Source: a virus (lineage: Duplodnaviria; Caudoviricetes). From it: a DNA stretch of 64,000 bases. Position numbers and translations under genes: made by a program. The DNA lies in the IMG/VR virus record IMGVR_UViG_3300028805_000089, positions 24,718 through 88,717 of that record. The stretch is one strand, 5' to 3'. Each line of letters starts with the position of its first letter. Within the stretch, counting starts at the first letter, position 1. Positions 43,049-51,653 of this stretch are shown piece after piece. The notes beneath the pieces are model-generated. The model did not search any database. It saw only the letters and a program-made list of their open reading frames with translations, and was not told the DNA's origin.

Positions 43049-43837
43049 TCACCCTGTGGTTATCTCTATCCTTTTCCGGTTCCCGCCAAGCACGATCCGC
43101 TGTTTCACAAACCCGCTCGGCACCATCATCTTTTCCATCGCGTATCCGCCGTAGTCCAGCCAGCTTGTACACACCACCACCCGCGTCTCCCGCATGTATA
43201 CCTTCTTGGTCGATGGATTCACCACCAGCCTGTAAGGCGATGTGATGCTCGGCTTGTGCGTATGTCCGGTCACCAGAACGTCCAGCCCTTCGATCACCCC
43301 GGCGAACCTCTCGCTCCGGTTGACGCTTGCCCCGGTCGTGCCGCCGCCGCCCGCGCCGTGAGTCACCCCGATAACATAACTCGGGTTCACCTCGTGGTTC
43401 TGCCGTCCGTTGCCCATCTGGATATGCAGGAACGCCATCTCCGGCCTGTACACATCCTCCAGGTCAAGCTTCACCGCGATATCGTACACCGGGTCATCGT
43501 CCGCGTCCCTCACGCTCCGGCGTTCATGGTTTCCGGTCGTCACGCACAGGATACGGTCCTTCACAGGGCGGAGCATCTCGGCCATCTTTCTCTGCTGCTC
43601 CACGGGACGCATGGTCTCTTCAAAGATGTTGGCTACGCAACTCCTCGTCGTATTGTTGATGAGGTCGCCCGCAAGGATCAGGTAGGTATCTTCGCTTTCC
43701 TTCACGGTCTGCAAAAACTTCTCAAAATCCTTCTGCCTGCATTCCTTGCTCCCCAGGTGCACGTCCGCCACCGGTACGATGGTGATGTCCCGCCGGTCCT
43801 TAAAGTCGTAGTGTATCACTTCAAAAGCACTCTTCAC
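43049..43837 (-). CDS. calcineurin-like metallophosphoesterase
   Basis: DVHLG, GDLIN, GNHE, HG, GHTH motifs. Confidence 0.88.
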   Translation of the reverse strand: MKSAFEVIHYDFKDRRDITIVPVADVHLGSKECRQKDFEKFLQTVKESEDTYLILAGDLINNTTRSCVANIFEETMRPVEQQRKMAEMLRPVKDRILCVTTGNHERRSVRDADDDPVYDIAVKLDLEDVYRPEMAFLHIQMGNGRQNHEVNPSYVIGVTHGAGGGGTTGASVNRSERFAGVIEGLDVLVTGHTHKPSITSPYRLVVNPSTKKVYMRETRVVVCTSWLDYGGYAMEKMMVPSGFVKQRIVLGGNRKRIEITTG

Positions 43838-43889
43838 GGCGTATATATCCTTTCTTTTTCTTACGTCGTCTGCTCTGCTGTTTGCAAAC

Positions 43890-45602
43890 TTACGGGGCGA
43901 ACATATTGCCCGTCACCGTATACTCCCGGTATTCCTCATACTCGCCATCAATATCGCTCTCGTGCCCTTCGCTCGTGATGCCCTCGCTTCTCGGCCTCCC
44001 GCCGACGTCCCGGAGTTCTCCGCTCGTGGCGCTCTTGCCGCTGACGCCGCCGTTGTAGCTTGTTGCGATTGGCACCCGCAGGTCGCTGAGACCCACGGCC
44101 TTCAGCGCCTTCGACATCGCGATATCCTCAAGCACGCTTGAGTCCATCAGCGCGTCGTATTTGAACCACGCCGGGAGGATGCCAAGCGCCAGATCCTTCT
44201 TCGCCGCTTCCGCGTCCTGCCGGTCCAGATAAAGGTTCCCAAACATCTTGAACCGCCATTCGTGCTTCAGCCCCGCGTTTCCAAGAATCCAGTTCATCAT
44301 CTTCTCGAACGTCCTGTACACGGACGCGGCAAATTCGCCTTCCATGTATTGTGCGCTCATGATGCTCCCGGCCCTCGGCTCTTCGCTGATCGGCACCAGC
44401 CCGTTGCCTGCTTTCAGCATGGCATACTTGTATCCCTTGCTGCTCACATCGGTAGCGCTCGGCGCTTCGTCCAGTTGCTCAAGGTGCATATTCTGGAACG
44501 GCGCGGCGTAAAGTCCTACACCTGACGTGTTGTTGGCGGCAAGCATTTGATACCACAGTGCTTCAAAGTATTTCCGCCCGGTGGGGGAGAGCTTATACGG
44601 GTCGTGCTGGTCCGGCACCGTGTTCTCGGCATACGGGATTTCACCCAATACGCAGGAAATCAACGGATTCTGCACCAACGCCAACTGCACGGCCTCGTAC
44701 TGACTCACCTGTTCCATCGCAAGGAACAGCCCCGTAAACGGGCTGAATACGTTGCGGTTCACGTCGTCGCATTCAAAGGTCCACACCTTTTCCGGAGGCA
44801 GCGTCACCCAGTAGAACCACCGCCCGTTCTGCACGTACACTTCCGGGTTGCCCATCGTGCCGCGCACCTTTTCCTGCTCCATAAAGAACACGCGCTTGCC
44901 GTTGGGTTCTCCGGGCATCGGCCCGGTCTGTCCCATAAAAATGCTGATATACGGTTTAAACAGGTCCCCGAATTGCCGCCAGTCGGTTCCCGGCTGCATG
45001 AAATACATCATGTCAAACGCCACGGTGTACTTGCTTACGCTGTTGTATCCCACGATCTTGCACCAGTCCGTGGGCAGTTGCTGCATCGCCGCGCTCAGTA
45101 CCCGGTTGTGGCTCTTATCGATATTGATCCTCGGATGGTAAAACGCTTTTCCATCCTGCAATACCTGACCCGCGATCATGTGCGCGTTGATCTTCGGTTC
45201 CATCGCAAGCCGTATCTTCTCGGCCATCTGCCATTCCCGCATGAACTTCGGGCTGCTCATCGCTTCCTCGTTCATACACAGGGGGTACACATAGTTTCGG
45301 CAGGTCAGGATGTCCTGCGTTGTCTTGCGCAGTTTAAACAGCGGATATGCGCTGTACTCCAGCGCATGCATCGCTTCCCGAAGCGGTTCCTCGCTGAAAT
45401 CGGGATTCTTCAGCATGTCCGCGATTTTGTCTTTATCATAATCAATCGGCACCGACGTGATGTGCTTCACCCGGTTGTTGTGGGTATCCGGGTCGCCGTC
45501 GATGGAGGCGAGATACATGGCGTCGTATACGCTGTCCGGATCCATCTTCTCAAAGCGCTTGGCGATGTTCCGCGCCTTGGAAAACAAATCCGCGTATCCC
45601 AT
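43890..45602 (-). CDS. portal protein
   Basis: About 570 aa, directly downstream of the terminase region; no TAG. Confidence 0.75.
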   Translation of the reverse strand: MGYADLFSKARNIAKRFEKMDPDSVYDAMYLASIDGDPDTHNNRVKHITSVPIDYDKDKIADMLKNPDFSEEPLREAMHALEYSAYPLFKLRKTTQDILTCRNYVYPLCMNEEAMSSPKFMREWQMAEKIRLAMEPKINAHMIAGQVLQDGKAFYHPRINIDKSHNRVLSAAMQQLPTDWCKIVGYNSVSKYTVAFDMMYFMQPGTDWRQFGDLFKPYISIFMGQTGPMPGEPNGKRVFFMEQEKVRGTMGNPEVYVQNGRWFYWVTLPPEKVWTFECDDVNRNVFSPFTGLFLAMEQVSQYEAVQLALVQNPLISCVLGEIPYAENTVPDQHDPYKLSPTGRKYFEALWYQMLAANNTSGVGLYAAPFQNMHLEQLDEAPSATDVSSKGYKYAMLKAGNGLVPISEEPRAGSIMSAQYMEGEFAASVYRTFEKMMNWILGNAGLKHEWRFKMFGNLYLDRQDAEAAKKDLALGILPAWFKYDALMDSSVLEDIAMSKALKAVGLSDLRVPIATSYNGGVSGKSATSGELRDVGGRPRSEGITSEGHESDIDGEYEEYREYTVTGNMFAP

Positions 45603-45606
45603 ATAA

Positions 45607-45933
45607 TTACCTGACGCCACCGGAATCACCGCCTTTCTCTTTTATCTCCAGTTCCTTTTCCAGCCTGTCCAGGAAATCAAAAAACTGTTTGTATTTGTCT
45701 CCGTTCTTTGTTTCGCCGTTGATGGACACCAGCGCGTCCAGCGCCCACCGCCGCTCAAGTTCGTTCAGTTCCCCTTCGCCCGTCAGTTTCCGGTTCTTTA
45801 CCGCCGGTTCCGTATCCATCATCACAAGGATGCTGTTGTCCCTGCTCCGGTGATACCTCTGCCCGACAGCATAATCCAGGCACTTCCTCGTCAGCGGCAG
45901 TTCGTAGATGCAAACCTTCTGAATGTCCATCAT
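45607..45933 (-). CDS. hypothetical protein between terminase and portal
   Basis: 108 aa ORF. Confidence 0.65.
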   Translation of the reverse strand: MMDIQKVCIYELPLTRKCLDYAVGQRYHRSRDNSILVMMDTEPAVKNRKLTGEGELNELERRWALDALVSINGETKNGDKYKQFFDFLDRLEKELEIKEKGGDSGGVR

Positions 45934-46041
45934 TTTATTTTCTCCATTCTTTTTTTTGCGCCGCCCTTATTGGCGTTCACAGTCTCTCCGTTCCCCGCGT
46001 GAGTTTCTTTATCTTCACTCTTCACTCTTCACTCTTCACTC

Positions 46042-47853
46042 TCACCGTTGAGCGTTCCCACCCCGGTATCCAAGCCCGCGTCCCCTCGTGTCCAGGTGCT
46101 TCATCCCGCCTTTACGCTCAAACTCTTCTTCCCATTCTCCCCGGCGCTCAAAGTCCATCGCCAGTTCCTGGTACTCCAGTTTGCTTGCCCACCGGCAGGC
46201 GTACTTGAATGCCGACCACATATCCCTCTGGATATGGTTGCTCACGCGCTGCTCCTTGATGGTCACGCCCATCGGCTTTTTCACGAGGTTGGCTATCTGT
46301 TCGCACATCTCTTTCGTCTTGATGTACGGTATGGCGATGCTTGCGTTCAGATCATCGTCCTTGATCCGGTGGGCCTGCTTGTATGCCGCCACGCCGTCGT
46401 ACACGTTCTGCGTCAGCAGCCGCATGTTCCCGTGTTCAAACTCGATCTCCATATACCGCACCATCTCGGCGTCCGGGTCATGCGTCCCGGTCACGCCGCC
46501 CTGGCCCGTGGCCTTGATGGCGTATATCACAGGCAGCGCCCCGTTCCTCTCAAGTTCTGGGAACTCATGGTTCACCGTGCATAGGGGAGGGAGTCCGTCT
46601 CCCAAATCCTTGTGCAAATCCTCAAGCACTCCCTTGCCGTATTGCCAGGAGTCGATGGCGATGTACACCCGGCTGCCGCCTGCGGCGTAACGCCTGAAGG
46701 TTTCCTTCAGTTGCCGCGCCTGCATCATTGCTTCCCTCGGCGGGGGATTGTCGAAAACATACACAAGGCTTTTCTTGTATCTGTCTGTCCGGAACGCGCC
46801 CTTCTGTTTCTCCAGCTTCACGACCGCCGTCGCGCACATGGCGTTTTTCGCCCCGTCCACGTAGCTTACGTCGTACCCGATAACGTATATAACGTCCGGC
46901 TTGCCGCATCCCCGGTCTTCCATCACCGAAAGGTCGCTGCTTTCGTGCAGTACGCTGTCCCGGATGATGGGATTCTCGGTCGATCCCGTCCAGACACATT
47001 CCATTTCACGCGTCCATTCCTCCGGGGTCAGGTTCTTCTTCTGCGTCTTGTACCATTTGATATCGCGGACGCCCAGCAGCACGGCGACGATCCCTGGCCA
47101 GGATATCGAAAAGGCGCTCCCGCCTTCCCTCTGCATCTTTACGATGCTCTCCCGCACCGCATACGCTTCGTTCGTCTTCCTCTAAGGGTTCGTAACGTAG
47201 TGATGCTGTACCTGGGGGAAGAAGGGGTCCCGCTCCTTGTTCACCTTCCGCACGATACGGATGGCGGGGGAGATGACCTTGCGGTAATTCTCATGGTTAA
47301 ATTTGTTCCCGGCCTCCTCCTGCGCAAACTCCTCGTTCGTCACGCCGCTGGCGTTCAGGCCACGGAAGTTCTCGCAGGAAAACAGGCTGCCGAATTTCGT
47401 GTTCAGGATGAACCGCGCTTCGGTGTTGGAGGATACCGTAAAATACTTGCACAGTTCCGGGTAGTTCTGCTGTACCGTCGTCCACGCGTCGCTGATGATA
47501 AGCGCCGTCTGTTTCATGCTCGGCCCGTAATACTGCAGCTTGATCCCCGGATACAGTATCATCATCACCAGGTTTGCAAGGAAATGGCTGTAACTCTTCA
47601 GCGTGCCGCGCCCGCCGTCGATGAATGTATCGCTGTACCGGCATACCGCCCGGATATTCACCCTTGCGATGATCTACAGCCCGTACATCGCGTTCGGACT
47701 TTCAAACATATCCAGAAACTTGTCCGGATACCAGCGCCAGTAGCTGATAAGCAGGCCCCATTCGTTCGGAAGCAGGTCAACGTCCCTGTCCCGGACGGTC
47801 TTCTTCTCTTCCCATTTCCTTTTGCTTTTGTTGTAATGCACCCTGAAAGGCAT
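46042..47853 (-). CDS. terL: terminase large subunit, 603 aa; TAGs at codons 60 and 224
   Basis: RWYPDKFLD, GGRGTLKS (Walker A-like), GVTNEE (Walker B-like), YVTNP*RK, GYDVS nuclease motif, RDMWSAFKY. Confidence 0.88.
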
Positions 47854-48834
47854 TTACACCCGCTCCCTTCGGGGCGGCAGCTTGCCCAGTTCCTTCATGA
47901 TGGCTTTTTCCTGATCGGTCATGCCGGTCTCCAGTTCCCCGAATACGTCGGTCACCTGAAGGTAGTCCGGCACCTCAGTCAGCACCCGCTCTCCGTCCGT
48001 CCGCCGCCTCGCGTTCTCTGCCACCAACATTACGGCGTCAATAATGTCCAGGCTTGTACCGTAATGTATATGCGTACTGTCGGCGATCCACTTCAGCAGC
48101 GTGTCCCGGTCGCACAGCGTTCCGTCCGTCATGGCCCCGCGCCTTTCAAGCGCATCCACGATGGCGTCCACCCGCATGTCCTCGGCGGGCTTTTCGTCGC
48201 TCGCCTTCATGCTCTCCATGTCGCGGGTCTTCTTTATAATATCGGTAATGCGGTTGGCCACGTCGAAGTCGCCGGTCCGCATCGCCTTGTCGAATTCCAC
48301 GTCCAGTTTGGAAAGGGCGATCAGGTTCTTCTCGATACGCGGGGTAATGTTTCCCTTGAACTCATGGGACTCCACGTTGTACTTGCGGTCAAGTTCTTCG
48401 TAGTCTTCGTCCGCAAGGCCACTGCCCCACTTCTCGCGCCATTCCTCGCGTTTCAAATCTTCCTTTGTCTTTTCCTTCGCCAGCGGTTCAGGCAAATCGC
48501 CTTCTTCAAACACCGCCGCCACCTTTGTGGTCCCGGTGTAAAACCGTTTCCTTGTATCAATGGATTTCAGGTATTCTGTCCATACCGCCGCAGGGTTCTT
48601 ATCTTTCGGAGTGAACAACGGGTTGAAGGGGATATCGCAGGCAGCGCACATAATGTAAAGCGCTTCCTTCGTGGAACCGGCCTGGAAACTTAGGTACACG
48701 AAGCGCTTCCCCGTGCATTCTTTGCATTCGCCATGCCATCCGCTCGGAGAAAGCGCTGTATCAACTTTTATTCCGTTGTCCTCGCTGATCACCTTTCCGC
48801 AGGTGCAGCACTTCTTTGCCGCCGTACCTTTCAC
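47854..48834 (-). CDS. Zn-finger protein upstream of terL (possible terminase small subunit)
   Basis: CCTCG, CKEC and CAACDIPF motifs; TAAATG junction with terL. Confidence 0.6.
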   Translation of the reverse strand: MKGTAAKKCCTCGKVISEDNGIKVDTALSPSGWHGECKECTGKRFVYLSFQAGSTKEALYIMCAACDIPFNPLFTPKDKNPAAVWTEYLKSIDTRKRFYTGTTKVAAVFEEGDLPEPLAKEKTKEDLKREEWREKWGSGLADEDYEELDRKYNVESHEFKGNITPRIEKNLIALSKLDVEFDKAMRTGDFDVANRITDIIKKTRDMESMKASDEKPAEDMRVDAIVDALERRGAMTDGTLCDRDTLLKWIADSTHIHYGTSLDIIDAVMLVAENARRRTDGERVLTEVPDYLQVTDVFGELETGMTDQEKAIMKELGKLPPRRERV

Positions 48835-48838
48835 TCCT

Positions 48839-49003
48839 TCAGCATTCTTCCCATTCGTTGCCGTTCCATACCCAGCAGTATTTCATGTCCTCCGTGTGGG
48901 CGATGGTCCCGACGGGATATCCATCCTCCCACAGGATGTTCTCAAGCGCTTCCGGAGATTTAAGCACGATCTCCCTGCGCTCCTTCTCTTCTCCCATCGG
49001 CAT
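48839..49003 (-). CDS. small hypothetical protein (54 aa)
   Basis: GGAGGTA RBS, MPMGEEK...WVWNGNEWEEC. Confidence 0.55.
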   Translation of the reverse strand: MPMGEEKERREIVLKSPEALENILWEDGYPVGTIAHTEDMKYCWVWNGNEWEEC

Positions 49004-49035
49004 TACCTCCGTACAGGGGACGGTTCTATGTGTTA

Positions 49036-49080
49036 GCCTTCCCCGTTTGGGGAAGGTGGCCCGAAGGGCCGGATGAGGTT
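49036..49080 (+). repeat. palindromic CCTTCCCC..GGGGAAGG..GGATGAGG element, copy 3
   Basis: Same element as at 11601 and 24123. Confidence 0.8.
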
Positions 49081-49108
49081 CTTCGTCTCCCCGTAACCTC
49101 GTAAACAG

Positions 49109-49181
49109 CGGGAAATGCCGGACTCGAACCAACAGCCATCGCGTTAACAGCGCGCCGCTCTCCCAATTGAGCTAATTTCCC
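49109..49181 (-). tRNA. tRNA-Asn(GUU)
   Basis: GGGAAAT/ATTTCCC acceptor, GCTC/GAGC D stem, GCGCG-CT GTT AA-CGCGA arm, TTCGAGT T loop. Confidence 0.88.
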
Positions 49182-49388
49182 GTATCCATCCTGCTAACCG
49201 GAAGGTGATTCCCGGTCTGTCATTCCTTTTCCCTTCCGTAACCTCGGACCGCGCCTTTCCCTTTCTCCCGTGGCCTCGGATGCTGACAAAGCATGTGTAC
49301 CATCGTTCGTCCGTTGATGACGCTGTTGATTATTTATCTTCGTCCAAAACTCCACTCTTCACTCTCCACTCTTCACTCTTTTAAAAAG

Positions 49389-49475
49389 CGGAGGCACAGG
49401 GATTTGAACCCCGGGGGGCTTTTACACCCCTGCGGTTTTAGAGACCGCCGCATTCAACCGCTCTGCCATGCCTCC
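49389..49475 (-). tRNA. amber suppressor tRNA-Ser(CUA)
   Basis: GGAGGCA/TGCCTCC acceptor, G73, Ser-type D arm GCAGAGCGGTTGAATGC, perfect stem GCGGT-CT CTA AA-ACCGC, long variable arm, CGGGG-TTCAAAT-CCCTG. Confidence 0.93.
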
Positions 49476-49545
49476 ATACAAAAACGGCACATCCTTTCGG
49501 ATGTGCCGCATTGGCACGCAGACGTCTTCTCGCCCCGTTACCCGT

Positions 49546-49574
49546 ATTATACCATTTTTTTCAACAAAAGTCAA
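49546..49574 (-). promoter_or_regulatory. sigmaA/sigma70 consensus promoter for tRNA-Ser(CUA) and the late operon
   Basis: TTGACT - 17 bp - TATAAT with TGn extension, about 70 nt upstream of the tRNA. Confidence 0.85.
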
Positions 49575-49575
49575 G

Positions 49576-49591
49576 GTAAGTCAAGACTTAC
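49576..49591. promoter_or_regulatory. palindromic operator abutting the -35 box
   Basis: GTAAGTC-AA-GACTTAC, perfect 7-2-7 inverted repeat. Confidence 0.6.
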
Positions 49592-49607
49592 GCATAAAAA
49601 AATATAG

Positions 49608-50090
49608 TTATTTTTCATTTTTTACGACGTTCCGGATGATTTCAACCGCTTTCTCCGCGTCACTGATCGTCAGTCCGCTCAACGCGCAGGTCTTCACAAG
49701 GTGGGGGAGGATGCCGTTGTCATCATAATCCGGCGCAACCTCGTCGTCCAGTACGCACCATCCTTCCATCAGGTCTTTGGCGTTCCTGTCTATCCATTCC
49801 CTGATCTCCGCGCCGCGCCCGTCGCCGTGTCCGGTCTTCCCGCTGATGTGTATCCCGCATCTCTTCAACTTCCGCACCAGGTACTTCCCGGTCTCGCTCG
49901 TTTCCTCCGGGTCCCGTTCCCATTCGTCCCGCCAGGAGGAACACAGCACCACGATGGCGTCCGTCTCTTCGATGATGTGCTTCAGCTTTTTAACGCACGC
50001 GTCCTATATCCCGGTATGCCCTCCGGGTTCCGTCGCGTCGCATCCGGCGTAATTCAGCACGCCGTCCACGTCCAGAAATACTGCCTTCAT
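49608..50090 (-). CDS. HAD-superfamily hydrolase (Swiss Army Knife RNA-repair type), 160 aa; TAG at codon 29
   Basis: MKAVFLDVDGVLN motif I lies upstream of GI*DAC; VVLCSSWR and CVLDD lie downstream. Confidence 0.85.
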
Positions 50091-50326
50091 TTATCCGTCT
50101 CCCATTTCCTTGAATCAACCATGCCGTTCCACGCGGTGTCCTTCGCGTCCCGCATTCGTGTCAGCGTCATCACGTTCCCGCAGTCCTCACATGTGACTTC
50201 TGCTTCTTCCCAAACCGTCAGTCGTACAATCCTGCCCTTCTTCCTTACGGCCAGTATCTCATCCTCCATCACCCCCAGCGTGTTCCCGCAGTTCGGACAT
50301 GTCACCTTAAAAGAGGGTTTCTTCAT
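50087..50326 (-). CDS. Zn-ribbon protein
   Basis: CPNCG...CEDCG. Confidence 0.7.
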   Translation of the reverse strand: MKKPSFKVTCPNCGNTLGVMEDEILAVRKKGRIVRLTVWEEAEVTCEDCGNVMTLTRMRDAKDTAWNGMVDSRKWETDK

Positions 50327-50729
50327 TCACTTCCTCCTCGTATTCCTCGGACATCGTCTCGTCCCCGTTCTTCAGCGCCCGCATCGCTTCCTGCTCCATC
50401 TGCACGGTCGGGTCGAACTCCCATTTCTGCACAAGCACCGTCAGGTTCACGCCCAGGTCTTCGCCTGTCTTCCGTTTGTATGCCGTGCCGCCCACGGTCC
50501 CAATGACGATGATATAGTTTCCTTCCTTCACCTTTTCCAGCAGGCTGTTTCCAACCTCGCCATAGGCGTACAGGGTGAAATTGTCATACTTCCCTTCGGC
50601 GGTTTTTCTCTTCGACGCACGCTTTACACCCACGCGGAGAGTCACAAAGTTGTTCTTTGTGATTTTGCTCTCCCTGATGGTCGGTGCGCTGCTGACCCTG
50701 CCGCAGATGATAAGTTTGTTGAAATACAT
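50307..50729 (-). CDS. second, divergent SSB-like OB-fold protein
   Basis: NKLIICGRV...LRVGVKR...KEGNYIIVIG; acidic C-terminus. Confidence 0.65.
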   Translation of the reverse strand: MYFNKLIICGRVSSAPTIRESKITKNNFVTLRVGVKRASKRKTAEGKYDNFTLYAYGEVGNSLLEKVKEGNYIIVIGTVGGTAYKRKTGEDLGVNLTVLVQKWEFDPTVQMEQEAMRALKNGDETMSEEYEEEVNEETLF

Positions 50730-50733
50730 TTGT

Positions 50734-51153
50734 TTATTCCTTTCTCTCTGATTCAAATTCTTTGTGTTTCTTTGCTACAACTTCGCGCATCTCGTTGATG
50801 GCGTTCGTAATGTCCTGCACGAACGGGTAACGCGCCCTTTCCTTCAGGGCCTCCCGGAATGCGTCCTATTCCTGCCTGTGCGCGTCCAGTTCGTCCCGCG
50901 TGAATATTTGCTTCGACCTCTTCTCGTACTGGTCCACGTACATCTTCCCGTTGTCCCCGTCGTATGTCACTTCGTAGAACTTCCCGTCGTAAGGCGTCGT
51001 GATGACTAACGCCTTCCTGTTCTGGATCGTCTTGCAGTACCACACCAGCCGCAGACCGTCGATCTTAAAGTCCCTCGGCACCCGGTACTTCAGAGCGTAT
51101 TCCATGTCCCGGAAAAACTGTTCCTCAATCAGCGGCATTCCTTCCTCGATCAT
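50734..51153 (-). CDS. DUF6275-like phage protein, 139 aa; TAG at codon 96
   Basis: VWYCKTIQNRKAL...YEVTYDGD; HRQE*DAFREAL continues to a TAA next to the downstream RBS. Confidence 0.7.
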
Positions 51154-51653
51154 TTCCCGTCGTCCCCTCCGTCATCCATGTAGATGCTCACCTTCGATTT
51201 CGTCTCTTCCTCTTTACCGATGGTCTCGCTGATCACCACGTTGCTCACTTCCTCACTCAGGCTCGAAAGCACGTTCTTCAGTTCATCATCCGTTTCGGAC
51301 ATCATCGTGCAGATTCCGTGCAGCGCCCCGGCCACATACTGGAGCATGTAGATGTTTTCCTGTTTCATTCCGTTCGTCCTTTCCTTTATCTTTTTTATCT
51401 TTGCCTTGGTTCTCCCAATGATATCTTCTACAGCTTCTTTCATGGTTCCACATTCTGTAACCGACATTTCGTTGACATTACGTTCTGGCGAAATGTCATC
51501 CGCAATGTCCGCCGCGCCGCCGGGTGGTTCTTCGTCTTTCCCAAGGCGTATATGGCAGCACGCGCATTCCGGCCTCCTGGAAAATTCCCTCGCCCCGCAG
51601 TTCGGGCATTCAAACCATGTGAACCAACCGTCGTCCCGTTCCTCCCAGTCCAT
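51150..51653 (-). CDS. Zn-ribbon hypothetical protein
   Basis: CPNCG...CACC. Confidence 0.65.
   Translation of the reverse strand: MDWEERDDGWFTWFECPNCGAREFSRRPECACCHIRLGKDEEPPGGAADIADDISPERNVNEMSVTECGTMKEAVEDIIGRTKAKIKKIKERTNGMKQENIYMLQYVAGALHGICTMMSETDDELKNVLSSLSEEVSNVVISETIGKEEETKSKVSIYMDDGGDDGK

Noticed and set aside
10641-47853. Decayed prophage with nonsense mutations, or sequencing errors
   Set aside because: Every interruption is TAG, with no TAA, TGA or frameshift. Motifs are intact, one TAG is conserved between paralogs, and a matching suppressor tRNA is present.
46612-48693. Long + strand ORFs opposite structural genes (also 11744-13246, 40129-41436, 44547-45614)
   Set aside because: Antisense shadows of GC3-rich genes, with no RBS or recognisable motifs.
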